From the NCBI GenBank assembly GCA_963849325.1, contig CAWKHF010000014.1:15217-79216 (forward strand): 64,000 bases of DNA. The letters run 5' to 3'. Positions 23,043 to 33,096 of this stretch are shown piece by piece. The position numbers and the translations under genes are program-made. The notes beneath the pieces are model-generated. The model had not been told where the DNA came from. It worked only from the letters and a program-made list of their open reading frames with translations, and searched no databases. This stretch comes from an uncultured Planctomycetota bacterium. GTDB lineage: Bacteria; Planctomycetota; Planctomycetia; Gemmatales; Gemmataceae. Each line of letters starts with the position of its first letter. Positions within the stretch are counted from its first letter, which is position 1.

Positions 23043-23163
23043 CCGATACTCCCGTCGGTGGAAAGGTTGGCACTTCGTTTGCTTCTCCCCTGTCTCCGTG
23101 TGCTCGTGGTCGGGCTTCGCAGCCTGCTCGGCGAGGTCTACTCCGGAACAGACAGGACTGCAA

Positions 23164-24309
23164 ATGAAGACCATTCGACGCGGCGGCTGCCCCGCTTGCA
23201 AACCCCGTCGCGGGAAACACCGCCTGGTAAGCGACCCCGTGGAGTCGGCCCAATCGGCGGGACTGCGCTATGTCCAGCGACGACCGTCCCGGCATCCGCC
23301 GCCTCCGCTCCGGCAAGGGCTTCCGCTACATCGGACCCGACGGACAGACCATCCGCGATCCCGACACGAGTGCGGCGCATCCGCTCGCTGGTCATCCCGC
23401 CGGCCTGGACCGACGTCTGGATTTGCCCGCTGGCCCAACGGCCACCTTCAGGCGACGGGCCATGATGCCAGGGGCCGCAAGCAGTATCGCTATCACCCGC
23501 GCTGGCGGAGCGTCCGCGATGAGACCAAATACGACCGCCTGATCGCCTTCGGCCAGGCGCTGCCGCACATCCGCGCCCGCGTTGAGCAGGACCTGGCGCA
23601 GCCGGGCCTGCCGCGCAACAAGGTGCTGGCCACCGTCGTTCGCCTGCTCGAAACTACCCTCATCCGCGTCGGCAACGAGGAGTATGCTCGCGCAGAACGG
23701 CTCCTTCGGACTGACCACGCTGCGCAACCGGCATGTCCACGTCGAGGGGCAGACGGTGTGCTTCACTTTCAAGGGCAAGAGCGGCGTCCGCCACAGCATC
23801 TCGCGTGGACGACCGCCGCCTGGCCCGCATCGTCCAGCACTGCCAGGATCTGCCGGGCCAGGAATTATTTCAGTACCTGGACGACGACAGCACGCCGCGC
23901 GACATCGACTCGGCGGACGTCGAATGCGTATCTGCAAGAGATCGCCGGGCAGGAGTTCACGGCCAAGGACTTTCGCACCTGGGCCGGCACCGTCCTGGCC
24001 GCCCGCGCCTTGCAGGAGTTCGAGGTCTTCGATTCGCAGACGCAGGCCAAGCGCAACGTCGTCGAGGCCATCGAGTCCGTCTCCCAGCGCCTGGGCAACA
24101 CCAAGGCCGTCTGCCGCAAGTGTTACGTCCATCCCGCCGTGATCAACGCCTACCTCGACGGTTCGCTGCTGGACACCCTGCGACAGCGTGTGGAGAAGGA
24201 GATCACCGGCGCGCTGGCGGACCTGCCTCCGGAGGAGGCCGCCGTCCTGGCCTTCCTCCAGGAACGACTCAAACGGGAGGCGCAAGAGCGGACGGCGCCT
24301 GGCCGGTGA
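23164..24309 (+). CDS. DNA topoisomerase IB (bacterial, poxvirus-like; several indels)
   Basis: IPPAWTDVWIC, GHLQATGHDARGRKQYRYHP, IRVGNEEY, FKGKSG, FTAKDFRTW, LGNTKAVCRKCYVHP. Confidence 0.92.
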   Translation: MKTIRRGGCPACKPRRGKHRLVSDPVESAQSAGLRYVQRRPSRHPPPPLRQGLPLHRTRRTDHPRSRHECGASARWSSRRPGPTSGFARWPNGHLQATGHDARGRKQYRYHPRWRSVRDETKYDRLIAFGQALPHIRARVEQDLAQPGLPRNKVLATVVRLLETTLIRVGNEEYARAERLLRTDHAAQPACPRRGADGVLHFQGQERRPPQHLAWTTAAWPASSSTARICRARNYFSTWTTTARRATSTRRTSNAYLQEIAGQEFTAKDFRTWAGTVLAARALQEFEVFDSQTQAKRNVVEAIESVSQRLGNTKAVCRKCYVHPAVINAYLDGSLLDTLRQRVEKEITGALADLPPEEAAVLAFLQERLKREAQERTAPGR

Positions 24310-24414
24310 AGGACGTGAGATCATCGATTGCCGATACGCCCACTTCCGAGAAGTTCCCCTCGCTCGTAAAATCGAGGAAACGTGCGATGAAGAACGGAGG
24401 AGCCATTCGGTCCC

Positions 24415-26962
24415 GTGGCGCGCCATCCTCTGCCGATTGATCCGGTCCTGCCCGACGTCCTCGACGCCTTGCGACGACAGCCCAACGTCGTTCTTCGCGC
24501 CGACCGGCGCCGGCAAGACGACGCGCGTACCGCCGGCCCTTCTCGACGCGGGATTGTCGAGAGATGGACGCATCCTCATGCTGGAGCCGCGCCGATTGGC
24601 CGCCCGCGCCGCCGCGCGGCGCATGGCAAGCGAACGCGGCGGCCAGGTCGGCGACGAGGTTGGCTATCAGGTGCGCTTCGATCGCCAGTGCGGTCCCGAC
24701 ACGCGCATCCTCGTCGTCACGCCGGGCATTCTCATTCGTCTCTTGCACGACGATCCGTTCCTGGAATCGACCGGCGCCGTCCTCTTCGACGAGTTCCACG
24801 AGCGCGGCCTGGAGAGCGACCTCGCCCTGGGCATGGTCCGTCTGGTGCAGCAAACGGTACGGCCGGAGCTGCGCCTCGTCGTCATGTCGGCGACGCTGGC
24901 CGTCGAGTCGGTGTCGGCGTACCTGGGCGGCTGTCCAATCGTCGCCAGTGAGGGCCGGTTGCATCCGGTGGAGACCGTTTACGAGCCGAGGCCGGATCAG
25001 CAGCCGTGGCCGCTGGCCGTCGCGCGGGCCGTGGAACGCACGCTCGACCGCACTCCCGGCGACTTGCTCGTCTTTCTGCCGGGACTGCACGAGATCCGGC
25101 AGACGGCGCGGCACCTTGAAGCCGTCGTCAAGGAGCGCGGCCTGGCCGTGCTGCCTCTGCATGGCGACCTGCCCGCCGAACAGCAGGACGCGGCCTTGCT
25201 GCCGCAGACACGCCGCAAGGTCGTCCTGGCGACGAACGTGGCGGAAACGTCGGTCACGGTCGAGGGCGTCACCGGCGTCGTCGATTCCGGCCTGGCCCGC
25301 ACGCTCGTCTTCGATCCGCGCGTCGGACTGGATCGCTTGCGGTTGATGCCGATTTCTCGCGCCTCCGCCGATCAGCGCGCCGGCCGGGCCGGACGGACGC
25401 AGCCCGGAGTGTGCGTGCGGCTGTGGAGCGCCGGCGCTCACCGCGCCCGCCCGGAGCAGACCGAGCCGGAGATCCGCCGCGTCGATCTCGCCGGCGCGGT
25501 TTTGCAGCTGTTGTGCCTGGGCGAGACGGACTTGCAGCACTTCCCCTGGCTGGAACCGCCCAGGGAAGCGACCGTGGCGCAAGCGCTGACTCTGCTGCGC
25601 CGTCTCGGCGCGGTCGAGGCAAGCGGCGTGACGGAATTGGGCCGCGCCATGGCCCGCCTGCCGGTGCATCCGCGCCTCGGCCGTTTGCTGATCGAGGGCC
25701 AGCACCGGGGTCGGCCGGAGCGCGTCGCCCTGGCCGCGGCCCTGTTGTCCGAGCGCGATCCCTTCGCCCGTTCTCTCGATCAACCGGCATCCCCCGCCGT
25801 CTCGCGGCACGACACGCTCTCCGACGTGCTCGATCGCATCGAGGCACTGGAAGAGTACGAACGCTCCGGCCGGACGGCGTCGGCGTTGGGAACGCTGCAT
25901 CGCGCCGCCGCCCGCTTTGTCCTGCGCGCCCGCGATCAATTGCTGCGCTCGGTGCGGCAGGTGCGAAGGGAGCGCGCGCACGATTCGACCTCGGAGGATG
26001 AGGTCGTGCTGCGTTCCCTGCTGGCGGCGTTTCCGGATCGCGTGGCCCGGCGACGCGGAGGGGGAGGCCGGCGCGGCGTCATGGTCGGCGGACGCGGTGT
26101 TTACCTGGCCCCATCCAGCGGCGTCCTCGAAGCGGAGTTCTTCCTCTGCATCGACGTGGACGCGGGACAGAAAGAGACGCTGGTGCGGCAGGCGTCCGCC
26201 ATCGAACGGGACTGGCTGCCCATTGAGCCGATGGGCACGACGGTGGAGGTCGAGTTCGACCCGGACACGGAGCGCGTGACGGCCAGGCGGCGCGTGCGTT
26301 TCGCGGATCTGCTGATCGAAGAGGCGGACGCCGCCCTGCCTGACAGTGAAGAGACGACCCACGTACTCGCCGCCGCCGCCGCCGAACGCCTGGAGCGTGT
26401 GTTGCCGCCGGACGATTCGCCCGCCGGGCTGTACCGCACGCGCGTCCGTTGTCTGCGTGCGTGGATGCCCGAGTTGCAACTGCCTCCCCTGGACGATGCC
26501 GAGTTGCGCGAGTTGTTGTCCGGGTTGTGTCCCGGTTGCCGCTCCTTCGCCGACCTGCGCAAGACCGACTGGCTGCGCGCCTTTCAGGGTCGCTTGACCT
26601 ACGCACAGCGGCAGGCGGTGGAGCGCGAAGCGCCGGAACGTTGGACGGTGCCCTCGGGCAGCCGCATCGCCTTACGCTATGAAGTGGGCCGGCCGCCGAT
26701 CCTGGCGGTGCGCATTCAGGAGGTGTTCGGGCTGGCGCAGACGCCGCGTCTCGCCGGAGGGCGTGTGCCGGTGCTGCTGCATCTGCTCGCCCCGAACTAT
26801 CGACCGCAGCAAGTCACCGACGATCTCGCCAGCTTCTGGGCCAACACCTATCCGCAAGTGCGCAAGGAACTCCGTGCCCGCTACCCCCGGCACTCCTGGC
26901 CGGAAGACCCGTGGACGGCGACACCCGAGAATCGCCCGCGCCGCAAACGTCCCTCGGGATGA
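24415..26962 (+). CDS. hrpB: ATP-dependent RNA helicase HrpB (indel near 24495)
   Basis: LPID..., PTGAGKTT, LEPRRLAAR, DEFHER, MSATL, ATNVAETS, QRAGRAGR, C-terminal LLAPNYRPQQVTDDLASFW...RYPRHSWPEDP. Confidence 0.95.
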
Positions 26963-26976
26963 GTTCTGTTCTTTCA

Positions 26977-27034
26977 ACGAGCCGCGAGCGCCAGCGAGCG
27001 ATGTTGCCTCCGCTCGCTGGCGCTCGCGGCTCGT
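26977..27034. repeat. REP-like palindrome family GAGCCGCGA...TCGCGGCTC (related copies at 28668-28724, 30967-31031, 33023-33096, 36530-36589)
   Basis: Stems of about 24-28 bp starting (g)agccgcga and ending tcgcggct(c), with variable loops, all located just after stop codons. Confidence 0.85.
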
Positions 27035-27241
27035 CTCGTTTCCCGTGCCCCAATCGATAAAGTCCTCCTCGTCCAGCGAACCGTTGCAAGCCCTACAGTC
27101 TCCGGCCTGCAATTCGAGAGGACGGTTCGTTTCGTTTGCTCTCCTCCCGCTCGGCGGCCGATGGGAGGAAAGCCAGCATCACCGCGATCCGCTCCCGGAG
27201 ACGGCCCAACTGCTTACCTCCCTCGCCACGAGAGACGGATC

Positions 27242-28654
27242 ATGGCCGCGCGCTATCTCGGGGTACTGGGTCTCGTCCTGCTCGCCGGCTGCCGCCCATT
27301 GCCGGCCCACGTGCAGCCGTGTGACGCCGATCCGAAAAGGGTGCCGGCCCGCAAAGGTCTGTTCGTACGTCAGGTGGTCGGGGATACCGTGGTTGAGACG
27401 GGACAGCATCCGCTCAAGGAAGTGCGGGCGCTTCTCTCCTTGCCCCTGGATTACGGCGTGGCCATCCAGCAATTGGCGATGCGCCGACGGCTGATGACGA
27501 TGGTGCGTCGAGAACCTCCGCCGATCCAACCCTGCCGGCCGACGCTGGACCCCGACGCCCTCGAAGAAGTCCTGAAAAAGAAGGCGGGCGGCGAACTGCA
27601 ACCGGGATGGGTCGATCTCTATCCCAACGGAGAAGAGGCCGCGGCCGCCCTGCACCAACTCATCGACCTGGCGGCGTGCCGCATCGACATTCTGATGTAC
27701 CTGTGGGACAACGATCCGCTCGGCTGGGAAGTGGCGCACCATCTCGCCGCGGTCGCCACCCCATTTCGGCCCGTACGCATCCTCATCGACGGCGGAGCCA
27801 ACCTCAGCCAGGGAGAACCCAAGGAGGCGAGTTCCACCGACGTCCAGCGCGTCGTGTGCTGGCTGGCTCAGCAGCCAAACGTCTTTCTCATCCGTCACCG
27901 CGACCCAAACTTTCACTTCGACCACCGCAAGATCGTGGTGGCCGACGGCCGGCTCGCCTGGAGCGGCGGCCGCAATTTCACCTTTTCGTCGTTCTTCAAG
28001 GACCGTGACGTGTCCTATATCGTGGCTGGGCCTTTGGCGTGCCAGATGGAGAAGGACTTCGAGTATTACTGGCGAGAGCAGGGCGGTTGTCCGGCCGAAC
28101 CTCTACCGCCGCCGCCACTGCCTCAGCAAAACGTGATGGCGCGGCTCGTGGAATCGTCATCGACCGACTTCGCCTTGGCCGAGGCGGTCTATCATGCCGT
28201 GGACAGCGCCCGCCATCACATCTACATGGAAAATCCCTACCTGACCGACAACCGCATGCATCTCAAGCTCGAACGCGCCCGTCAACGCGGGGTGGACGTT
28301 CGCCTGGTCATGACCATCTCCGACGAGAGCGAAACGATCGACAGCTCGAACAAGGTGACCATCAATCGAATGATCCAAGGCGGGATCCAGGTGTACCTCT
28401 ATCCCAGCATGACCCATGCCAAGATAACGGCCGTGGACGGTGTGTGGGCCTACGTCGGCACCGGGAATTTCGATCGGCTGAGCCTGCGCCACAACCACGA
28501 GGCCGGATTGGCCATCGGCTATGGGCCGATCATTCAGGAGTTGGAAGAACGGGTGTTCCAGGTGGACTTCAACCCGGAATGGCTCGTGAAGGAACCGCTG
28601 CCCACGACCATAAGAGACCATCTGCGGGGTCTGATCGGAAGCATGTTACTGTAA
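27242..28654 (+). CDS. Phospholipase D/cardiolipin synthase-family lipoprotein
   Basis: Lipobox LLAGC; two HKD motifs, DHRKIVVADG..GGRN and THAKITAVDG..GTGNFD. Confidence 0.88.
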   Translation: MAARYLGVLGLVLLAGCRPLPAHVQPCDADPKRVPARKGLFVRQVVGDTVVETGQHPLKEVRALLSLPLDYGVAIQQLAMRRRLMTMVRREPPPIQPCRPTLDPDALEEVLKKKAGGELQPGWVDLYPNGEEAAAALHQLIDLAACRIDILMYLWDNDPLGWEVAHHLAAVATPFRPVRILIDGGANLSQGEPKEASSTDVQRVVCWLAQQPNVFLIRHRDPNFHFDHRKIVVADGRLAWSGGRNFTFSSFFKDRDVSYIVAGPLACQMEKDFEYYWREQGGCPAEPLPPPPLPQQNVMARLVESSSTDFALAEAVYHAVDSARHHIYMENPYLTDNRMHLKLERARQRGVDVRLVMTISDESETIDSSNKVTINRMIQGGIQVYLYPSMTHAKITAVDGVWAYVGTGNFDRLSLRHNHEAGLAIGYGPIIQELEERVFQVDFNPEWLVKEPLPTTIRDHLRGLIGSMLL

Positions 28655-28747
28655 ACCGCCCGATCGTCCGAGCCGCGAGCGTCAGCAAGCGCGCCAACCA
28701 CGCTCGCGGACGCTCGCGGCTCGGGCCTTGACCGTGCGTCTGTCCCG

Positions 28748-29053
28748 TTACCAGTAGCGGTAGCGGTAACCGGAGCGTCCGGTCCAGGGGTTGTAAAAAC
28801 TGCGGCCGTAACCCCAGGTGCCTGTGTAAGGATTGGCGTAGATCCCGCCCTGGTAATAGCGACCGGACCAGGGGTTATACCCGGCACCCCCGCGATAGTA
28901 GCCACCTGTCCACGGGTTGTAGCCGGCTCCGCCATAACCGCGTCCCCCAGTCCAGGGGTTGTAGTAATAGCGGCCTCCCCACTGCGCGTTCGCACTGGAT
29001 GCCAGCGCCAGCGTCAGCACCACTCCGGCGACCCACGCAAAGATACGTTTCAT
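28748..29053 (-). CDS. Small secreted Gly/Tyr/Trp-rich protein with five YNPWTG-type repeats
   Basis: RBS GAGGAGG; signal peptide MKRIFAWVAGVVLTLALASSANA; repeats YNPWTG, YNPWTG, YNPWSG, ANPYTG, YNPWTG. Confidence 0.8.
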   Translation of the reverse strand: MKRIFAWVAGVVLTLALASSANAQWGGRYYYNPWTGGRGYGGAGYNPWTGGYYRGGAGYNPWSGRYYQGGIYANPYTGTWGYGRSFYNPWTGRSGYRYRYW

Positions 29054-29087
29054 GACTGCGACCTCCTCCGGGCGATCGTCCCGAATC

Positions 29088-29402
29088 TTACCTCGCATCC
29101 CTGGCGTGCTTCGGTTTAATCACCGGCTTGCCGACCTGCGTGAGATCGACCGTGCCGCGCAGGCGCAGCTCACTGCCTATCTCCTTGTCCTTGTCGATCG
29201 TGTAGAAGTACAAGGTGTTCGTCTGATTGTCGGTGACGATGAGGTTGTGTCCCTCGGTTTCCACCACGTTGAAATGAGGGGATCCTCCCATCCCCTTGTC
29301 GTCGGCGCGGCTGAACGCCGGCGGCGCGTAACTGCCTACCAGGAAGGCGCCAACGATCACGCCCAGAACCAACGCCACGACCAAACCTGTGCGCACTTTC
29401 AC
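29088..29402 (-). CDS. Hypothetical exported protein
   Basis: GTG start after AAAGGAG; hydrophobic N-terminus; beta-rich C-terminus (NLIVTDNQTNTLYFY). Confidence 0.7.
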   Translation of the reverse strand: MKVRTGLVVALVLGVIVGAFLVGSYAPPAFSRADDKGMGGSPHFNVVETEGHNLIVTDNQTNTLYFYTIDKDKEIGSELRLRGTVDLTQVGKPVIKPKHARDAR

Positions 29403-29744
29403 GACTCGCTCCTTTGTGCTGGACTGCCGGGTCGCACGACCCGAAGACAGTTACCGGAAGCCTCCAGGGTAATGGCTCTGTCTGCTAGGCAAGTTTGCAA
29501 AAAGTGCGCCAAAGTTCGTGGTCCTCTTGTGCTTATCAACGTGAAGGGATAGAAAGAACTCCCCCTCCTCTTTAATGGCGTCTACAACGTCCTTCCTGGC
29601 GACGACCACGTTACGGCCCAGGGTCCGTGACGTGGGTTCCGCCTTGGTGCGCGCCTTCTCGCTGGGCGTCGCCCCCTGCCTCCGTCGTGTACAATGTCCG
29701 CGGAGAAGGACGTACGCGATTCCGTGGGAGAGCAGGGAGCCGAT

Positions 29745-30939
29745 ATGCGTATCGCCTTGGATTGCGGCCTCGCTCGGATGGCGTTCGAGGTCGCGGACGC
29801 CAAGTTGGTCCCTGGTCCGCAGCCGCCAGTGGCACTGAGCGACCCGGCCGCCGCCGTCCGCGCCGCCCTGGATGAGCCTTTCGGCTTCCCCGCCCTGCGC
29901 CGTGCCCTGACGCCGGACGACCACGTCGCCATCGTCGTCGATGAGCAACTGCCGCACCTGACCGAGATGCTGGTGCCGCTGCTGGAGCACGTCCATCGCG
30001 CCGACGTGGCGCCGGAGTCCATGACGCTGCTGTGTCCGCCCTCGTCGTCACGGCAAACGTGGATCGACGAGTTGCCGGATGCGTTTCAGGACGTACACGT
30101 CGAGGTGTCCGACCCCGGCGAGCGACGGCGCATGGCATACCTGGCGACGAACCACAAGGGCAAGCGTCTGTATCTGAATCGCACGCTGGTGGAGGCCGAC
30201 CAAATCGTCGTCCTGTCCGGTCGGCGTTATGACCCTGTGCTGGGTTACGGTGGCGCGGAGGGTTCCCTGTATCCGGACCTCAGCGATGAGGAAACGCGCC
30301 GCGAGACGAGCCATCGCGTCAATCTCGGTCTGCCGGACGAGAACGCCTGGCCGGTGCGGCGCCAGGCGATCGAGACGGCCTGGCTGCTCGGCGCTCCGTT
30401 CTTCGTACAGGTGATCGAGGCAGCGGGGGACCAGGTGGCGCACATCGTCGCCGGCACGACGGACGCCAGCCGCGAGGGCCAGCGATTGCTGGATGTCTGT
30501 TGGCGGCATCGCGTGTCGCGCCCTGCCGACCTCGTCATCGCCGCCCTCAGCGGCGATCCGTCGCGCCACACCTTCGACGCCCTCGCCGCCGCCTTGGCCT
30601 GCGCCGCGCGCGTCGTGCAACCCGGCGGTCGCATTGTCCTGCTCAGCCAGGTGGAACCCGTCCTCGGTCCCGAGATCGACCTGCTCCGCAATGGAGGCGA
30701 TCCGCAGGCGATCCTCGACTCGCTGCGCGGCAAGCACACGGTTGAGTCGGTGCCCGTCCTCCGGTGGGGCGCGCGGCGGCCCATGCCAACATCAATCTGC
30801 TGAGTCGATTGCCGGAAGAGACGGTCGAGGAGTTGTTCGCCACGCCGCTGCAGGATGCCGGACAGGTCCAGCGCCTGCTCGATGCGAGCGGCTCTTGCCT
30901 GTTCTTGCCGGACGCACACAAGATGCTGGCTGTCCTCTG
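29745..30939 (+). CDS. LarA (lactate racemase)/DUF2088-like protein, divergent (indel near 30770)
   Basis: AVRAALDEPFGFPAL, VAIVVDE, YLATN..G.RLYLNRTLVEAD, GYGGA..SLYP, ADLVI, VQPGGRIVL, NLLSRL...FLPDAH. Confidence 0.75.
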
Positions 30940-31057
30940 AGGTCGCGTTCAAGAATAAGTTCCTTGGTTTAGCCGCGACGCGCAGCGGAGCGCGGGACAG
31001 ACCCGCGCTCCGCTGCGCGTCGCGGCTAAACGAGGAGCGATTGTTGGCCGCAAGCGG

Positions 31058-32165
31058 TCAAGCGCGCCATCCGTGGATGTACAGATCGCCCTCAATTCCT
31101 TCCTGCGTCCATTCGACCAGCCGCAGCGCTTCCATCATTCGCCCCACGCCGGTCCCACCGATGGCGCTGAACGCCGCCGAACCTCCGGCCAGGCGCGGAG
31201 CGATGTAAACGTGAAACTCGTCGATGGCCCCGGCGTCGAGGAAACTGCCGAACACGCCAGCGCCGCCCTCGACCAGTACATTCGTGAAGCGCCGCCGCCC
31301 CAGTTCCGCCAGCAGCGCCTCCACGCTGGACCGGCCATCGACGGCGGGCAGCATCAGCACTTCGCAGCCGTTCGCCTGGAGCGCGGCGCGCTTCGCGTCG
31401 GCGATGCGATCCGTGGCGGCCACAAGGGTCGGCGTCGCGCGCGGTCTGCACCAAAACGGTGCCGTCCGGGATGCGTCCCTGGCTGTCGAGGACGATGCGC
31501 ATCGGCGTGCGGGGACCGGGCGGCCGAGCCGTGAGCTGCGGGTTGTCGGCGAGAACGGTGCCGATGCCGGCGATAATGGCATCCATGCGGCCGCGCAGCT
31601 CGTGGACGCGGTGGCGCGACGCCTCATTGCTGATCCAGCGCGAATCGCCGCTGTGCGTGGCGATCTTGCCGTCGAGCGTCATGGCCCATTTGGCGTGGAC
31701 GTAGGGTCGGCCGGTCGTCAGCAGTTTCAGATACGGCGCGTTGAGTCGCCGGGCCTCCGCCTCGCCGACGCCGAATTCGACAGTGACACCCGCTTGTCGC
31801 AACTGCTCGGCGCCCTTGCCGGCGACGGCGGGGAAAGGGTCGGGCATGGCGGCAAGGACACGGCTGATGCCGGCGTGCAGTACGGCGTCGGTGCAGGGCG
31901 GCGTCTTGCCGTGATGGCAGCATGGTTCGAGCGTGACGTATAGCGTGGCGCCGCGGGCCGCCGCGCCGGCGACGGCCAGCGCGTGGACCTCGGCGTGCGC
32001 CTCGCCGTAGCGCTGGTGCCAGCCCTCGCCGACGAGCTGCCCATCGCGGACCACGACGGCGCCGACCAGCGGGTTCGGCTCGACGTATCCGCGTCCGCGC
32101 TCCGCCAACTCCAGGGCGCGGCGCATCCAACCCGCATCGTTCACGGCCGGAATCTCGGCAGACAC
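31058..32165 (-). CDS. ribD: Bifunctional riboflavin biosynthesis deaminase/reductase RibD (indel near 31430)
   Basis: [48 protein letters not shown]. Confidence 0.95.
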
Positions 32166-32266
32166 TCGACACCCTCCCCGAACGCAAAACAGTGTGAAAG
32201 CGCTTGCATTTTAGCGCACGAAGGAGGAGAAGGAAGCTATCTTCGGCATGAGGGGAGGGGAACGAA

Positions 32267-33018
32267 ATGACTACGGGAATCATGAACCACTCGACAGGAC
32301 AGCCGCCGTCCGGCAACCCGCTTGTCATCGAATACACTCTGACACTATCCGATTACCACGCCCTCGACATGTTTCTCTACGATAACGTCCTCCGCAAGCG
32401 CGCCCGATTCCGCTTCGAGTTTTATGGGACGTGGCTGCTGCAGGCTGCCGCGCTGGGGGCGGTCATGGGTTTGATGGTGTGGGGGATTTTGAAAGCGGAA
32501 GGGACGGTGCCCTCGGAGGTAGCCCCCTTTCTCCCCTCCGAGCCGGCTATGTCACGGCATCCCTTTTCTTCTTGCTTCTACTGGCCGGGATGGTCCCTGG
32601 CAGCTTTCTTCACCGTATGGTTCGCTCGGCGAACGAGAAGCGATTTCGGACGACTCGCCGTGCTCAGTTGCAGGCGAGCCTGATCCATCCCGCGCGGCGC
32701 TACCGCGTGGAACTGACGCCGCAAGGATTCACGGAAACTACCGACCATCGAGAGACCGGCATCGCTGTCGAGATCAATGAGCACAAGGAAACCCGCGTCT
32801 GGTGGGTGGCGGTGGGACGCATCGATGTCACGGACGAGCACGCCTTTTTCACCATAACCGACAAAGGGTATCTCCTACTTCCCCGGTCAGCCTTCGCCAC
32901 GGATGCGAGCTTCCGCGATTTTGTGGATGTGGCGCGGAACTACCGCGAGGCCGCTCGTCTGGCTCTCGCTCCCCCTGTGGAGTTGCCTCGCCCGCAAGAG
33001 ACGCGGATTACCTCGTAG
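32267..33018 (+). CDS. YcxB-like membrane protein (indel near 32540)
   Basis: IEYTLTLSDY, two TM segments, then VELTPQGF...W..V...LLLPRSAF...F pattern typical of YcxB C-termini. Confidence 0.6.
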
Positions 33019-33096
33019 ACGGAAGCGAACCGAGCCGCGAGCGTCAGCGAGCGGTGTTGCCCCCGCTCGCTGACGCTCGCGGCTCGGTTCGCTTCC

